From: Candidatus Hadarchaeota archaeon
GTDB lineage: Archaea; Hadarchaeota; Hadarchaeia; Hadarchaeales; Hadarchaeaceae
Length of the DNA: 32,000 nucleotides
NCBI GenBank assembly: GCA_964514965.1
Contig: CAZETV010000001.1
Location: 30,001 to 62,000 of the forward strand
Direction of reading: 5' to 3'
Below are positions 17,914 through 28,100 of the stretch, piece by piece (within the stretch, counting starts at the first letter, position 1; each line of letters opens with the position of its first letter). The notes beneath the pieces were generated by a model. It made no database searches. It saw only the letters and a program-made list of their open reading frames with translations, and was not told where the DNA came from. The position numbers and the translations under genes are program-made.

Positions 17914-18711
17914 ATGTCACTCGACGAGAAACTTAAGCATCTCAAATCGATTATCCGAGACTGCAACAGTGCGGTAATCGCTTTTTCGGGTGGGGTCGAC
18001 TCCTCGCTCGTCTGCGCGGTTGCCCACGAAGTTTTGGGTGAGCGAACCGTCGCGGTCACGGCCATTTCTCAGACTTACCCGCATGGAGAAGTTGAATGGG
18101 CCAAGAAAGCTGCCGAGCATATCGGTATCAGGCATATGACCATCATCACGAACGAACTCGAGGACCCACATTTCGCCACAAATCCGCCAGAAAGATGCTA
18201 CAACTGTAAAAGTGAATTGCTTCGAAAATTGGATTGGGTCCGCAAGGAGATGGGATTTGAGAAAATTTTTGATGGAACGAATCTCGACGATTTTTCAGAC
18301 TACAGGCCGGGTATCCGCGCCCTCCGTGAGTTTGGGGTTCTTAGCCCGCTTGCGGAAGCTGGTTTGACGAAGGAGGAAGTTCGGGAGCTGGCGGCCGGGT
18401 ACGGTTTGCCAAATGCGGGTAAACCTGCCAATCCCTGCCTCGCTTCTAGGATTCCTTTCGGCCAGGAAATAACACCCGAAAAGCTCGAGCGGATAGCGAA
18501 AGGAGAGGAGTTCATTCGTTCGTTGGGTTTTTGCGTGGTTAGGGTGAGGGATTACGGGGAGCTGGCGAGGGTCGAAGTCGGAAAAGAGGAGTTGCAACGG
18601 GTGCTTCAGTTGAGCGGGAAAATTGAATCAGCTTTGAAGAGGCTCGGATATGCCCAAGTGACGATAGATCCCCGAGGCTACCGTGAAGGCGGGGCAAACC
18701 TCACTTTTTAA
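17914..18711 (+). CDS. larE: LarE family ATP-dependent sulfur transferase (PP-loop)
   Basis: VIAFSGGVDSSLVCAVAHEVLG...ERCYNCKSELLRKL...DGTNLDDFSDYRPGIRALREFGVLSPLAEAGLTKEEVRELA...KPANPCLASRIPFGQEIT. Confidence 0.93.
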   Translation: MSLDEKLKHLKSIIRDCNSAVIAFSGGVDSSLVCAVAHEVLGERTVAVTAISQTYPHGEVEWAKKAAEHIGIRHMTIITNELEDPHFATNPPERCYNCKSELLRKLDWVRKEMGFEKIFDGTNLDDFSDYRPGIRALREFGVLSPLAEAGLTKEEVRELAAGYGLPNAGKPANPCLASRIPFGQEITPEKLERIAKGEEFIRSLGFCVVRVRDYGELARVEVGKEELQRVLQLSGKIESALKRLGYAQVTIDPRGYREGGANLTF

Positions 18712-18717
18712 GTCAAG

Positions 18718-19533
18718 ATGCGAGGTATTAGAAAGGGTGCGAGATTGAAGCTTGAGGACACCAAAATAACGGCTGCGATCATAGAGCGATTCATGCGAAA
18801 TTTAATGGACATAACAGAGCTTGACGTAGCGATAGCTGGAGCTGGGCCATCGGGAATAACCGCCGCTCGCTACTTGGCCAAGGCGGGTGCTAAAGCTGCG
18901 GTTTTCGAGCGGAACCTTCATGTGGGGGGAGGGATGTGGGGTGGCGGAATTCTTTTCCCACGCATTGTGATTCAGGAGGAAGCGAAGGGAATTATAGAGG
19001 AGGTCGGGGTCAAGCTCGAGGCACATGAGGCTGGCTACTACACCGCTGATTCGGTGGAAGCCGTGTCTAAATTTACTTCAGCTGCGGTCGATTCTGGAGC
19101 GCGCGTAATGGTCGGGTTAACGGTAGAGGATGTGATGATACGAGAGAGAGATCGTGTGGCTGGCGTCGTGATTAATTGGAAAGCGGTTGAACTGGCAAGC
19201 CTGCACGTTGACCCGATTGGAATAAATGCGAAAGTCGTTATCGACGCCACGGGACACGATGCGAAGATAGCCCGCATAATACAACGGAAGGTACCTGGCG
19301 CCAAGTTTCCGACGAGTACAGGCGGAGTTATAGGAGAAAAGCCAATGTGGGCAGAGGCGGGAGAGGCCGAGATCATGCGCAACACACGTGAGGTCTATCC
19401 GGGTCTGATTGTGACAGGCATGGCAGCCAACACCGTCTTTGGATCGCCTCGAATGGGGGCGGTTTTTGGTGGCATGCTGCTCTCAGGCAAAAGGGCTGCG
19501 GAGATTGCCCTAGAGTTGCTTCGCAAAAAGTGA
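18718..19533 (+). CDS. thi4: Thi4-family thiazole synthase (sulfide-dependent, His-type) / ribulose-1,5-bisphosphate synthetase-like
   Basis: DVAIAGAGPSGITAARYLAKAGAKAAVFERNLHVGGGMWGGGILFPRIVIQEEAK...LHVDPIGINAKVVIDATGHDA...GLIVTGMAANTVFGSPRMGAVFGGMLLSGKRAAEIA. Confidence 0.92.
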   Translation: MRGIRKGARLKLEDTKITAAIIERFMRNLMDITELDVAIAGAGPSGITAARYLAKAGAKAAVFERNLHVGGGMWGGGILFPRIVIQEEAKGIIEEVGVKLEAHEAGYYTADSVEAVSKFTSAAVDSGARVMVGLTVEDVMIRERDRVAGVVINWKAVELASLHVDPIGINAKVVIDATGHDAKIARIIQRKVPGAKFPTSTGGVIGEKPMWAEAGEAEIMRNTREVYPGLIVTGMAANTVFGSPRMGAVFGGMLLSGKRAAEIALELLRKK

Positions 19534-19937
19534 GCGTAGATTTTAAAAGTGCGAGCTTTAGTTTTTTTCAAATTTTTCCAGATGAGTTCATTAAGCTTGG
19601 GTTGATTGAAGAGTCCATCGGTCTCGCCCGCTGTGGCTTTCATGCGCAGGTGCTTCGGCAGCGTGCTGCAAACAAATGTATGCTGTGTTTGCCAAGTCTA
19701 ACTCTCTCGAGATTTTCTCAAATTTAGCCACTTGTTTTTTCAATGCGTTCATAATAAGCCCAAACATCTCCTCGCTCGTGTGTGGGTAAGTGTAGAAATG
19801 AATTGGTAAAATGTTTAATTTTTTCGTTGTAAAGGCGCGCGCGGCAGAAGAGTGTTTTCCAGAAACCAAGCAAACGATTCACTCTTTTATTTAAACCACA
19901 GATTTTTTATCAATGTTGCAATAAAAAATAAGAATGT

Positions 19938-20011
19938 GCCGGGGTGGCCCAATCTGGAAAGGCGGCGGACTGCAGATCCGCTTTTTGCCGGTTCAAATCC
20001 GGCCCCCGGCT
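19938..20011 (+). tRNA. tRNA-Cys (anticodon GCA), no encoded CCA
   Basis: GCCGGGG/CCCCGGC acceptor, U73 discriminator, anticodon arm GCGGA-CTGCAGA-TCCGC, T-arm GCCGGTTCAAATCCGGC. Confidence 0.95.
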
Positions 20012-20112
20012 CTGTTTTTATACTTTTATTTCAAAGCCGACTTAGGCGTGCCAAAAATTGAATGCGTTCATAAAAAAAAAGGTTTATAAACACTATCTCT
20101 AAATCTCTCTTC

Positions 20113-20967
20113 ATGTGCCCGCCTTCGAAACTTTTCGGATTCGCGCTTGCGGCGATTTTTGTGGTCGTTGGATTGTCTGGATTAGTGGGTGCAGTTTCCG
20201 ATCATGGGTGGACTCTCGAAACCGCAGACCAGGCCTTCCAGACTTGGATAATAACGGATATAGAAGTAGGGCAGCAGGCAACGCTCACAGTCGATAGTTC
20301 CGGAAACTTTACAGGTTTGGGCTGGGTCGGAACCGCCCCAGGTGCTGGCGACTATAACATCTATATCACGAATGGTAGGATGTCAGGTACCTCGATGACC
20401 TTTCAGGTGAGTGCTTCTTATAGCGGAGGACAAGGGACCATTTCAGGAACAGGTACTGGGACACTGAACGCATCATTCCCGAGCGCTACATCAGCATCCG
20501 GAACACATTCCGGCACCATATCGGATCCACTTGGCAGTAAGGCTTACAGCTCCTCGTGGACTGCAACGAAAATTGGGGGAGACGGCGATGGAGGAGGTCT
20601 AGTCTTCCCAGACCTCACCGTATTAATCTATCGTGTAGCACCGGGTGTATCCCTTATCGTCGCTATAGTTGCAGCTGTTGCAATCGTAGTCGCTATTCTG
20701 CCCCTTCCACGTAAGGGGGTTCGACCCACAAGAGGTAAGTTAAAAACCGGTGCGCCTGCCAGCATGGTTCAGCATCTAGATTCAATACAAAAAATCCCGC
20801 CGGGTGCACGGCCTCTGCCTCAACCTAGGTTGCATCCGGGCAAATTTGAGCCAACCGATGTCCTTCAAAAAGTCCCCTGTCCATACTGCGGTACTATCCT
20901 CATTTCCGCATTTGGAAAATGGTACTGCCCGAATCCAAAGTGCAAATGGAATAAAGGAGAAGTGTAA
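20113..20967 (+). CDS. Membrane-anchored secreted Gly/Ser/Thr-rich protein with C-terminal cytoplasmic zinc ribbon
   Basis: N-terminal signal/TM (FGFALAAIFVVVGLSGLVGAV), about 130 aa beta-type Gly/Ser/Thr-rich region, second TM (GVSLIVAIVAAVAIVVAILPL), then VPCPYCGTILISAFGKWYCPNPKCKW. Confidence 0.75.
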   Translation: MCPPSKLFGFALAAIFVVVGLSGLVGAVSDHGWTLETADQAFQTWIITDIEVGQQATLTVDSSGNFTGLGWVGTAPGAGDYNIYITNGRMSGTSMTFQVSASYSGGQGTISGTGTGTLNASFPSATSASGTHSGTISDPLGSKAYSSSWTATKIGGDGDGGGLVFPDLTVLIYRVAPGVSLIVAIVAAVAIVVAILPLPRKGVRPTRGKLKTGAPASMVQHLDSIQKIPPGARPLPQPRLHPGKFEPTDVLQKVPCPYCGTILISAFGKWYCPNPKCKWNKGEV

Positions 20968-20983
20968 GTCACAGGTGATCCTT

Positions 20984-21310
20984 ATGTCTGCCCAATCGCA
21001 GGGTGCGTCATCCTATGAATTCTTGCGTAAACAGGCTGCTGGGTATAGAGTCGGTCTCTTGATACTCGCCATAGCAGCGATGTTTTTAGCTGCTGTGAAC
21101 TATCAAATGCTAGATGAGAGCTTTGTCCGTACGAATTTCCAGATGGCTATTATCATTTTAGCTTTGACAGCAGCATTTGGATTCATCTGCTTAGGGGCGA
21201 TGAAAGGATATCTTAAGGTTCGTCGTTCTGCCAGCAACGCCCTGAGGGCTGGAACGGTTACAGAGATGTCGGATGTTCCAGTAAGAGCATCCAAGAAAAA
21301 AGGGAAATAG
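20984..21310 (+). CDS. Small two-TM membrane protein; the ORF track start 20804 overlaps the upstream gene, so an ATG near 20984 is more likely
   Basis: MSAQSQGASSYEFLRKQAAGYRVGLLILAIAAMFLAAVNYQMLDESFVRTNFQMAIIILALTAAFGFICLGAMKGYLKV... Confidence 0.65.
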   Translation: MSAQSQGASSYEFLRKQAAGYRVGLLILAIAAMFLAAVNYQMLDESFVRTNFQMAIIILALTAAFGFICLGAMKGYLKVRRSASNALRAGTVTEMSDVPVRASKKKGK

Positions 21311-21401
21311 TCTATGGCCCACTAGTTATTCTCCACCCAACTGGATAGATTTATCACGGAATTTTTAAACTTCCAGAGAATACAATCTGCAGGGTTGTAT
21401 A

Positions 21402-21824
21402 ATGCCCGATGTTGGCATCCATCAAAAGGGCGAGGTTGATTTGCCGAGACTTCTTGAAAAATTGCAAAGTGAACTCGAGGGGAAGGCGGGTGCGGTAGGG
21501 TGCTTCGTGGGTGTCGTCCGTGAAACTTCGAAGGATGGAAAGAAAGTAAAGTATCTTCACTATGAGTGTGCGGAAGAATCGATTAAAGGACTTGAGCGAA
21601 TAGCAGCTGACATCGAGAGGCTACCCGGCATCCTGAAAGTGATGATTCACCATGTAATTGACGATCTTACACCGGGTGAAGATGTCATCTATATATTAGT
21701 GGCCGGAAAGCATCGAGCAGAGGTCTTTTCGGCGCTACCCAAAATCATGGACAGGGTAAAGACGGAAGTACTAATCTGGAAGAAAGAGTTCACTGAAACC
21801 GGAGAGCAATGGATTCATGAGTAG
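21402..21824 (+). CDS. moaE: Molybdopterin synthase large subunit MoaE
   Basis: GAVGCFVGVVRETSKDGKKVKYLHYECAEESIKGLERIAADIE...HVIDDLTPGEDVIYILVAGKHRAEVFSALPKIMDRVKTEVLIWKKEFTETGEQWI. Confidence 0.93.
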   Translation: MPDVGIHQKGEVDLPRLLEKLQSELEGKAGAVGCFVGVVRETSKDGKKVKYLHYECAEESIKGLERIAADIERLPGILKVMIHHVIDDLTPGEDVIYILVAGKHRAEVFSALPKIMDRVKTEVLIWKKEFTETGEQWIHE

Positions 21825-21902
21825 CAAGCTCAATTTATATAGAATACTCTCTTCTGGTTTGGTTATCATTTTTAATTTTTTGGCCTCGCACGTTTCAACG
21901 CT

Positions 21903-22769
21903 TTAATATTCTGATGGGAGTTGTTTTAGTTTTTCATACGAAAAGACAGGTCCATCTCGGCATACATAAACACTGCCTAAATTGCACCTTCCGCATTTGC
22001 CCAATCCGCACTTCATTTTCATCTCAAGCGTCATAAAAATTTGATCGGGTTTGAATCCTAACTCCAAGAGGTTTTTCATGACAAAGTTTATCATGATTGG
22101 GGGACCGCAAGTCACGGCTATCGAATTTCCGGATGGAGGAGAAATTTTCAGCAAGTTGGCGGGTACGAAGCCTACAAATTCACCCCACCCATCCTCGGCC
22201 TTGTCGATTGATAAATGCACCTTTACTCCGTTATCCCTTAAGCCAAGGAGTTCTTTTTCTCGAATCAAATCTTTCCTACTCCTTGCTCCGTAAATTAACA
22301 TCAATTCTCTGTACTTTCCTTTATTCATTGTATAGTAAAGCAGAGGTCTCAGTGGGGGTAAACCTATGCCGCCGCCGATTAGTATTAATTTTTTTCCTTC
22401 CCACTCTTTAACTGGAAAACCGTTCCCATACGGTCCTCTTACCCAAACGGTTTCTCCCACCTCGAGTCTGTGCAGCGCCGTTGTAACTTTGCCCATCTTT
22501 TTCACGCAGATTTCTATTTTACCTTCAGCTGGTGGCGAAAAAAGAGAGACCGGAAACTCACCTTCCCCTAGCACTGATATTTCGAAGTACTGTCCCGGAA
22601 CAAAATTTAGCTTCTCTTCTCTGTCTTTTAGCTCCAGCTCAAAGCTCTTTATGTCTGGCGTTTCTTGCCTGATTTGCTTGATTACTGCGGGTTTTGGAGA
22701 GTAAATATATTCAGTCAAGATTTCCCCACCTTCGATAATATCTCGATTAAATTTATCCCTGATGGACAA
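21903..22769 (-). CDS. hydG: FAD/NAD(P)-binding oxidoreductase subunit (sulfhydrogenase gamma HydG / FlxA-like)
   Basis: PGQYFEISVLGEGEFPVSLFSP, ILIGGGIGLPPLRPLLYY, VTCGPPIMINFVMKNLLELGF, C-terminal MKMKCGLGKCGRCNLGSVYVCRDGPVFSYEKL. Confidence 0.93.
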   Translation of the reverse strand: MSIRDKFNRDIIEGGEILTEYIYSPKPAVIKQIRQETPDIKSFELELKDREEKLNFVPGQYFEISVLGEGEFPVSLFSPPAEGKIEICVKKMGKVTTALHRLEVGETVWVRGPYGNGFPVKEWEGKKLILIGGGIGLPPLRPLLYYTMNKGKYRELMLIYGARSRKDLIREKELLGLRDNGVKVHLSIDKAEDGWGEFVGFVPANLLKISPPSGNSIAVTCGPPIMINFVMKNLLELGFKPDQIFMTLEMKMKCGLGKCGRCNLGSVYVCRDGPVFSYEKLKQLPSEY

Positions 22770-23716
22770 TTATCTAAGCATCTCCCGCAGCCGACGCAGC
22801 CGATTTCATCGATGTTTTCCAACAGGTATTGGAACTTGTGGTAGACTCTGTTTCGAATCCTCTCTCGTCGGGTTGGTCTTGGGTTATGGCCGGAGGATTG
22901 CAAGGTGAAATAAGGGAACGTGCAAGAATCCCAAGTTCTCACCCTGAAGGTTTTGCCGTCCAAGAATTCGTCAGTCAAATCAAAGCAATGACAGGTGGGG
23001 CAAAAGTAAGCGCATACCCCACAGCCAATACATATTTTGGATACTTCGTCCCAGATTTCGCTTTCGAAAGTGTGTTTTAATTTTGCGGTTACCTGCTTCA
23101 CATCTAATTCTCGTGCAATCTTTTTTTCCGCGTTCTGCTGGGTGTTTTTCCTTAACTCTATATCAGCTTTGGTTGGTTCTGAGAACAATTCTTTGCTACT
23201 CTCAACCAATTTTTCCCCGACCTTGCTCAACACTTCCACATAGTATTTCTCACCCATATCTGTGAGCAGCATATCGAGCCCATCTGTAGAAAACGGACCC
23301 AAGCCGAGAGAGCTGCAAAAACAATTTTCCCCTGGGGATGTACAGGCCAGCCCGATCATGGGGAGATTATTTTTCCTCTGTAAAAAGTAAGGGTCTTCAC
23401 GATCTTTTTCGAAAACCTTGGTCAACACCTGTATGCTTTTCGCATCGCAGGGTCTAACTCCAAATATTACTCCCAAGTTCGAAACTTTTGGTGTATAGAT
23501 CTCCTTTTTGCCCGCCATGAAAATCGTTTCCGTTTGAGGCATGAATAAAGACTTGATTGGTTTCAGGGTGTTCGTGAACTCAAAAGTTATTTCTTTCGGA
23601 TCATTTACAAGCTTAAACTCGATTTTGCCTTCCTCATCTTTAACAGGTGCATATAACTTTTCAGTGCGCAGATTTCGCAGAAACTTTTGCAAATCTCTCT
23701 TCTTGATGACTTTCAT
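22715..23716 (-). CDS. hydB: 4Fe-4S subunit (sulfhydrogenase beta HydB / FlxB-like)
   Basis: VIFGVRPCDAKSIQVLTKVF...IGLACTSPGENCFCSSLGLGP...CIGCGVCAYFCPTCHCFDLTDE...RVRTWDSCTFPYFTLQSSGHNPRPTRRERIRNRVYHKF...CVGCGRCLDNCPSGINL. Confidence 0.92.
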   Translation of the reverse strand: MKVIKKRDLQKFLRNLRTEKLYAPVKDEEGKIEFKLVNDPKEITFEFTNTLKPIKSLFMPQTETIFMAGKKEIYTPKVSNLGVIFGVRPCDAKSIQVLTKVFEKDREDPYFLQRKNNLPMIGLACTSPGENCFCSSLGLGPFSTDGLDMLLTDMGEKYYVEVLSKVGEKLVESSKELFSEPTKADIELRKNTQQNAEKKIARELDVKQVTAKLKHTFESEIWDEVSKICIGCGVCAYFCPTCHCFDLTDEFLDGKTFRVRTWDSCTFPYFTLQSSGHNPRPTRRERIRNRVYHKFQYLLENIDEIGCVGCGRCLDNCPSGINLIEILSKVGKS

Positions 23717-24684
23717 CTTATGAACTCCTCAGGATCCTCTAGTTTAAAACTCGCGAGAAGAGGTTTCTGTTCTATATTTATGCCCGCCCTGTAGTCAAAA
23801 AGATTCTTCATGTCTTTTTCCATTTTTCTAAACAGCTTTGAGAGTGGTATCCCCTCCGGGCAGCTATGTTCGCACGCAACGCAGCCAACGCACCTCCCGG
23901 CCAAGTGGAATACTCTCATCAAATGGAAAAAGGCATTTTCGGACTCAACTACTGATTTTTTAACCCATGTTGGCATCGTCTTGTCCGCGAGACATTCTTT
24001 GCAATAGCAGAGCGGACACACTTCCCTGCAGGCATAGCACCTAACACATTTACTTAGCTTTTCCTTCCAGTAATCCCATCTCTCCTCTAACTCCATTCTC
24101 TCTATCTCCTTCACGTCGTCGTAGTTCTCTTTGCCCCAGGGTTTCACTTCCTCGCCGAGCAGGATATCATAAATTACAGGGGTGGGATTTTGGCAGTGAT
24201 TGCAACTGTCGAACACGAATTCTCTTCGATCGAGTTTGATGACTCCATTTTTTGTTTCGACTTTCACTGTTCCGTTTTCGATTAGAATTCCCGTGACTGA
24301 AGAGGACTGTACATTTCTTTTACCGAGCTCTTCACGCAGTTTTTCAAGGTCTACTATACCCTGGCAAGGAATTCCTATCAGCACCACTTTCTCTCTGTCA
24401 ACAATCCCTTCCTGTATCAACTTTGTCACTGCACGGCTATCGCAACCTTTGACCACCAAGCCGATTTTTTCGCCTGCTTTGATTTCTTCTAAAGTTAAAT
24501 AGACGGCCAAATTGTGAGCACATAGAGAGGAATAGTGTAGTTTGTTAACATCATCGGTCGATTTAGCAAAGAAGGGCCTCGCGTTCAAGGGTTCGACCAT
24601 TTCGTATCCGATGATATATTTCACTTTTCCTTCGGTCAGTAGCCTGTTTGCCTCTTTTCGGAGATTTTCTACTAAGCTTACCAT
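23713..24684 (-). CDS. Iron-sulfur protein related to coenzyme F420 hydrogenase/dehydrogenase beta (FrhB) and FlxC-like subunits
   Basis: IGYEMVEPLNARPFF...GLVVKGCDSRAVTKLIQEG...IGIPCQGIVD...FVFDSCNHCQNPTPVIYD...CVRCYACREVCPLCYCKECL...CVGCVACEHSCPEGIPLSKLFRKME. Confidence 0.8.
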   Translation of the reverse strand: MVSLVENLRKEANRLLTEGKVKYIIGYEMVEPLNARPFFAKSTDDVNKLHYSSLCAHNLAVYLTLEEIKAGEKIGLVVKGCDSRAVTKLIQEGIVDREKVVLIGIPCQGIVDLEKLREELGKRNVQSSSVTGILIENGTVKVETKNGVIKLDRREFVFDSCNHCQNPTPVIYDILLGEEVKPWGKENYDDVKEIERMELEERWDYWKEKLSKCVRCYACREVCPLCYCKECLADKTMPTWVKKSVVESENAFFHLMRVFHLAGRCVGCVACEHSCPEGIPLSKLFRKMEKDMKNLFDYRAGINIEQKPLLASFKLEDPEEFIR

Positions 24685-25100
24685 TCTATCTTCCTCTTGA
24701 TTTTTTTCATTGGGCCAAGCACTCGGATTTCTTCCACCATGTCTTCCACGATTTTAGCAAACTTCTGTCCTTCCGATGCAGAAACCCACGCGGCTTGGAG
24801 CCTTTTTGGATTTATCCCAATGTATTCCAAAAGATTTCTTAGGAGCTTCAGTCTTCTTCTATTGTAATAGTTTCCTTCCCGATAATGGCATTCCCCTGGG
24901 TGACAACCACCTATGAACACGCCGTCAGCTCCTTGCTGGAAACACCTCAACACCCACAATGGATTCACCCTGCCCGAGCACATCACCCTGATGGTTCTCA
25001 AGTTAGGCGGGTAGGTCAATCTGCTAGTACCTGCCAAATCGGCTCCCGCATAAGCACACCAATTGCATAAGAAGCCTACTATACGCGGTTCCCAACTCAA
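24678..25100 (-). CDS. mvhD: Hydrogenase iron-sulfur (delta-type) subunit MvhD/FlpD family
   Basis: PRIVGFLCNWCAYAGADLAGTSRLTYPPNLRTIRVMCSGRVNPLWVLRCFQQGADGVFIGGCHPGECHYREGNYYNRRR. Confidence 0.95.
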   Translation of the reverse strand: MSWEPRIVGFLCNWCAYAGADLAGTSRLTYPPNLRTIRVMCSGRVNPLWVLRCFQQGADGVFIGGCHPGECHYREGNYYNRRRLKLLRNLLEYIGINPKRLQAAWVSASEGQKFAKIVEDMVEEIRVLGPMKKIKRKIEW

Positions 25101-28100
25101 CTTTGCTCACCCAGTACATCGATTAAGGGCAATACTTGTTTGTCTTCAAAGTGTCGCTGTTGAATGGCTCCTGAAGGACAGGCTGCAGAGCATATGCCGC
25201 AACCTTTACATAACGCTTCATTTACCTTGGCTAATTTTGATATTGCCCCTTTCTTCTCCACCGTCTTGAGTTCTATTACATTTGTTGGACAAACCTCAGC
25301 ACAGAAACCACAACCAGTGCACAAATTCTCATCGACCGAGGCCACAATTCCTTCGGCCATCACCTTACCTTTTGTTAACAAAGAGCAAACTTCAGCTGCG
25401 CTCGCTGATGCTTGTGATACTGTGTCGGGGATGTCTTTGGGCGATTGGGCGCATCCAGCAAGGAAGATCCCGTCGCTAAAGGTATCGACAGGTCTAAGCT
25501 TTGGATGGGCCTCGAGGAAGAAGCCATCCGAGCCTTGGTTAATGTTTAGGATTTTGGCTAGCTCGGAGGCACCATGGCTAGGAACAATCGCGCTAGCTAA
25601 CACCACGAGGTCTACTTCTTCGGGCTCGTGAGGCTTTGCTTCCACAACGAGTTTGTCATTTTTTTTGCTGACCCTTATCTCGTCGTCCAGCTCCCTGCGC
25701 TTGTACTTCACTCCTTCGTCCTTGACCCGGTCGTAGAACTCCTCGTACCCTTTACCAAAAGCCCTGACATCTGTGTAGTATACAGTCACTTCAGCATCCG
25801 GAATTTTTTCCTTAATGAGGTGAGCATGCTTGGCCGTGTACATGCAGCATACGCGCGAGCAATATGAGTTCGTCTCTTTTTTCCTGCTTCCAACACAGGA
25901 GATGAATGCTACTCGCTTCGGCTCCTTACCGTTTATTTCAATTTTTCCGTTGGTCGGGCCGGAAGCCGAACTAAGCCTCTCGAACTCAAGCCCAGTTATC
26001 ACCTCTGGATATTTCCCGTAACCATACTCGGGGAGCTTGGAAGGATCGAATTGATCGAAGCCCGTGGTTACGACTATAGCGCCAACATCGAGTTCGATTG
26101 ATTCCTCTTTTTGATTATGAACAATGGCTTTGGCCTCGCATGCTTTTTCACATTCAAGACACTCAGAACACCCGCCGCACTGCAAACATCGTTTTGCTTC
26201 TTTTATCGCTTCTTCTTCGGTATAACCTAACTCGACTTCTCGAAAGTTGTTTTTCCTCTCTTCGATCGGCAGGTATCTCATCGGCACTTTTCGTTCATTT
26301 TTAACATCTTCTACTGATACCTCAGCGATTTTTGGTTTTATCCCGCGACCGTCTTTCAGGTCTTTCTCGTTGATGTATCTGTCAATGGAAATTGCAGCTT
26401 CTTTTCCGGCAGCAATTGCTTCTATAACAGTCCCAGCACCTAACACGGCATCGCCGCCGCAAAAAACGGCTTCTATATTGGTTGCTAACGATATAGGGTC
26501 AATTTTGACAGTTCCCCAAGGGGTACATTCTAAATTAATATCCTTGGTTAAGAAGCTCAAATCCACTTCCTGTCCGATAGCTAATATCAGGCTATCCGCT
26601 TCCATCATAAACTCAGAGCCAGGGATGGGTCTAACTTTTCTTCTACCAGTTTCATCAGGCTCTGTCAATTCCATCTTGATGCATTCAATTGCTTTGATAT
26701 GCTCGTTTTCACCTATAATTTTTGTTGGTGTGGTAAGATAGACTAGTTTCACGCCTTCATGCTCTGTTTCGTCAATTTCCCATTCTGGTTCTGCAGGCAT
26801 TTCTACACGAGACCTGCGATACATTATGATAACTTCCTTAGCACCTAATCTCAAAGCAGAACGTGCTGTGTCTAATGCTGCATTGCCTCCACCAACGACA
26901 ATTATCTTATCGCCTAGTTTAGGAGTCTTACCTAAATTCAGCTCTTTCAAGAATTCGGTAGCTTGGAATACACCTCCAAGTTTTTCGCCAAGTATATCCA
27001 TTTTTCTACCTTTCTGAGCCCCCACAGCTAAAAAAATCGCTTTATAACCACTGTCGAATAGGTTCTTTATAGTCAAATTTTTGCCTATCGCCGAGTTCAG
27101 ATGCACTTTAACTCCTAGCGCGAGAATGTCAGATATCTCTCTTTCAAGAATTTCTCTCGGCAGTCGAAAAGTAGGAACACCAAATCGCATCATGCCGCCA
27201 AGCACGGGCGCACTTTCATATATTGTTACAGGGTATCCTTTCATAGCAAGGTCATGAGCAGCAGTTAAGCCAGCAGGCCCTCCTCCGACTATAGCCACAG
27301 TTTCTGTTCTCTTTTTTATAGGGGAGGATTCTGTAGTAGGGCTCTTGAGCTCTAAATCTCCGACAAAACGTTTAATATGTGCTATGCTTACTGGCTCATC
27401 TATATCTTTTCTTGTGCATGCTTTTTCGCAAGGCCTGTGACAGACCCTGCCGCATATAGATGGAAACGGAAGTTTCTCTTTTATAACTTGGAGTGCCTCG
27501 TAGAATTTACCGCGACTGGTGAGCATTACGTAACCAGGTGCGCCAACACCTGCAGGGCACGCGTCTTTGCATGGTTGTAATCCCCGTTTATCGATAGTAT
27601 ATTTGGGCGGAACCGCTTGTGGGAATGGAATGTAAATTGATTTTCTGCTGCTGAGCCCAAAGTCAAACTCGTTTGGCAGTTTCACAGAGCATACTTCGGT
27701 GCATTCTCCACATCCAGTACACTTTTCCGGGTCCACGTATCTAGGCTTTTTCCTTACTTTTAACTTAAAGTTACCTACATAACCCTCGATGTTTTCAATT
27801 TCTGAATAAGTCAGGAGTTCTATATTTGGATGCCATTTTACGTCTACCATCTTGGGGGTGAGAATGCACGCAGAGCAATCCAGAGTTGGGAAAGTCTTGT
27901 CGAGTTGGGCCATCCTCCCTCCGATGGATGGTGAGCGCTCCACGAGGTATACTTTGAAACCCCTGTCCGCGATGTCGAGGGCAGCTTGCATCCCGGCTAT
28001 GCCCCCGCCTATTACGGCGGCCTGAGGTATGACGGAAATTTCGTTTCTTTCCAAGCTTTCGAGTTCTACAGCTCTGTTTACACCTGCCAAGACGAGTTCC

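Noticed and set aside
19591-19869. 92-aa minus-strand ORF in the gap between thi4 and tRNA-Cys
   Set aside because: No recognisable domain, no clear RBS; could be a real small gene or decayed sequence, but not supportable from sequence alone.
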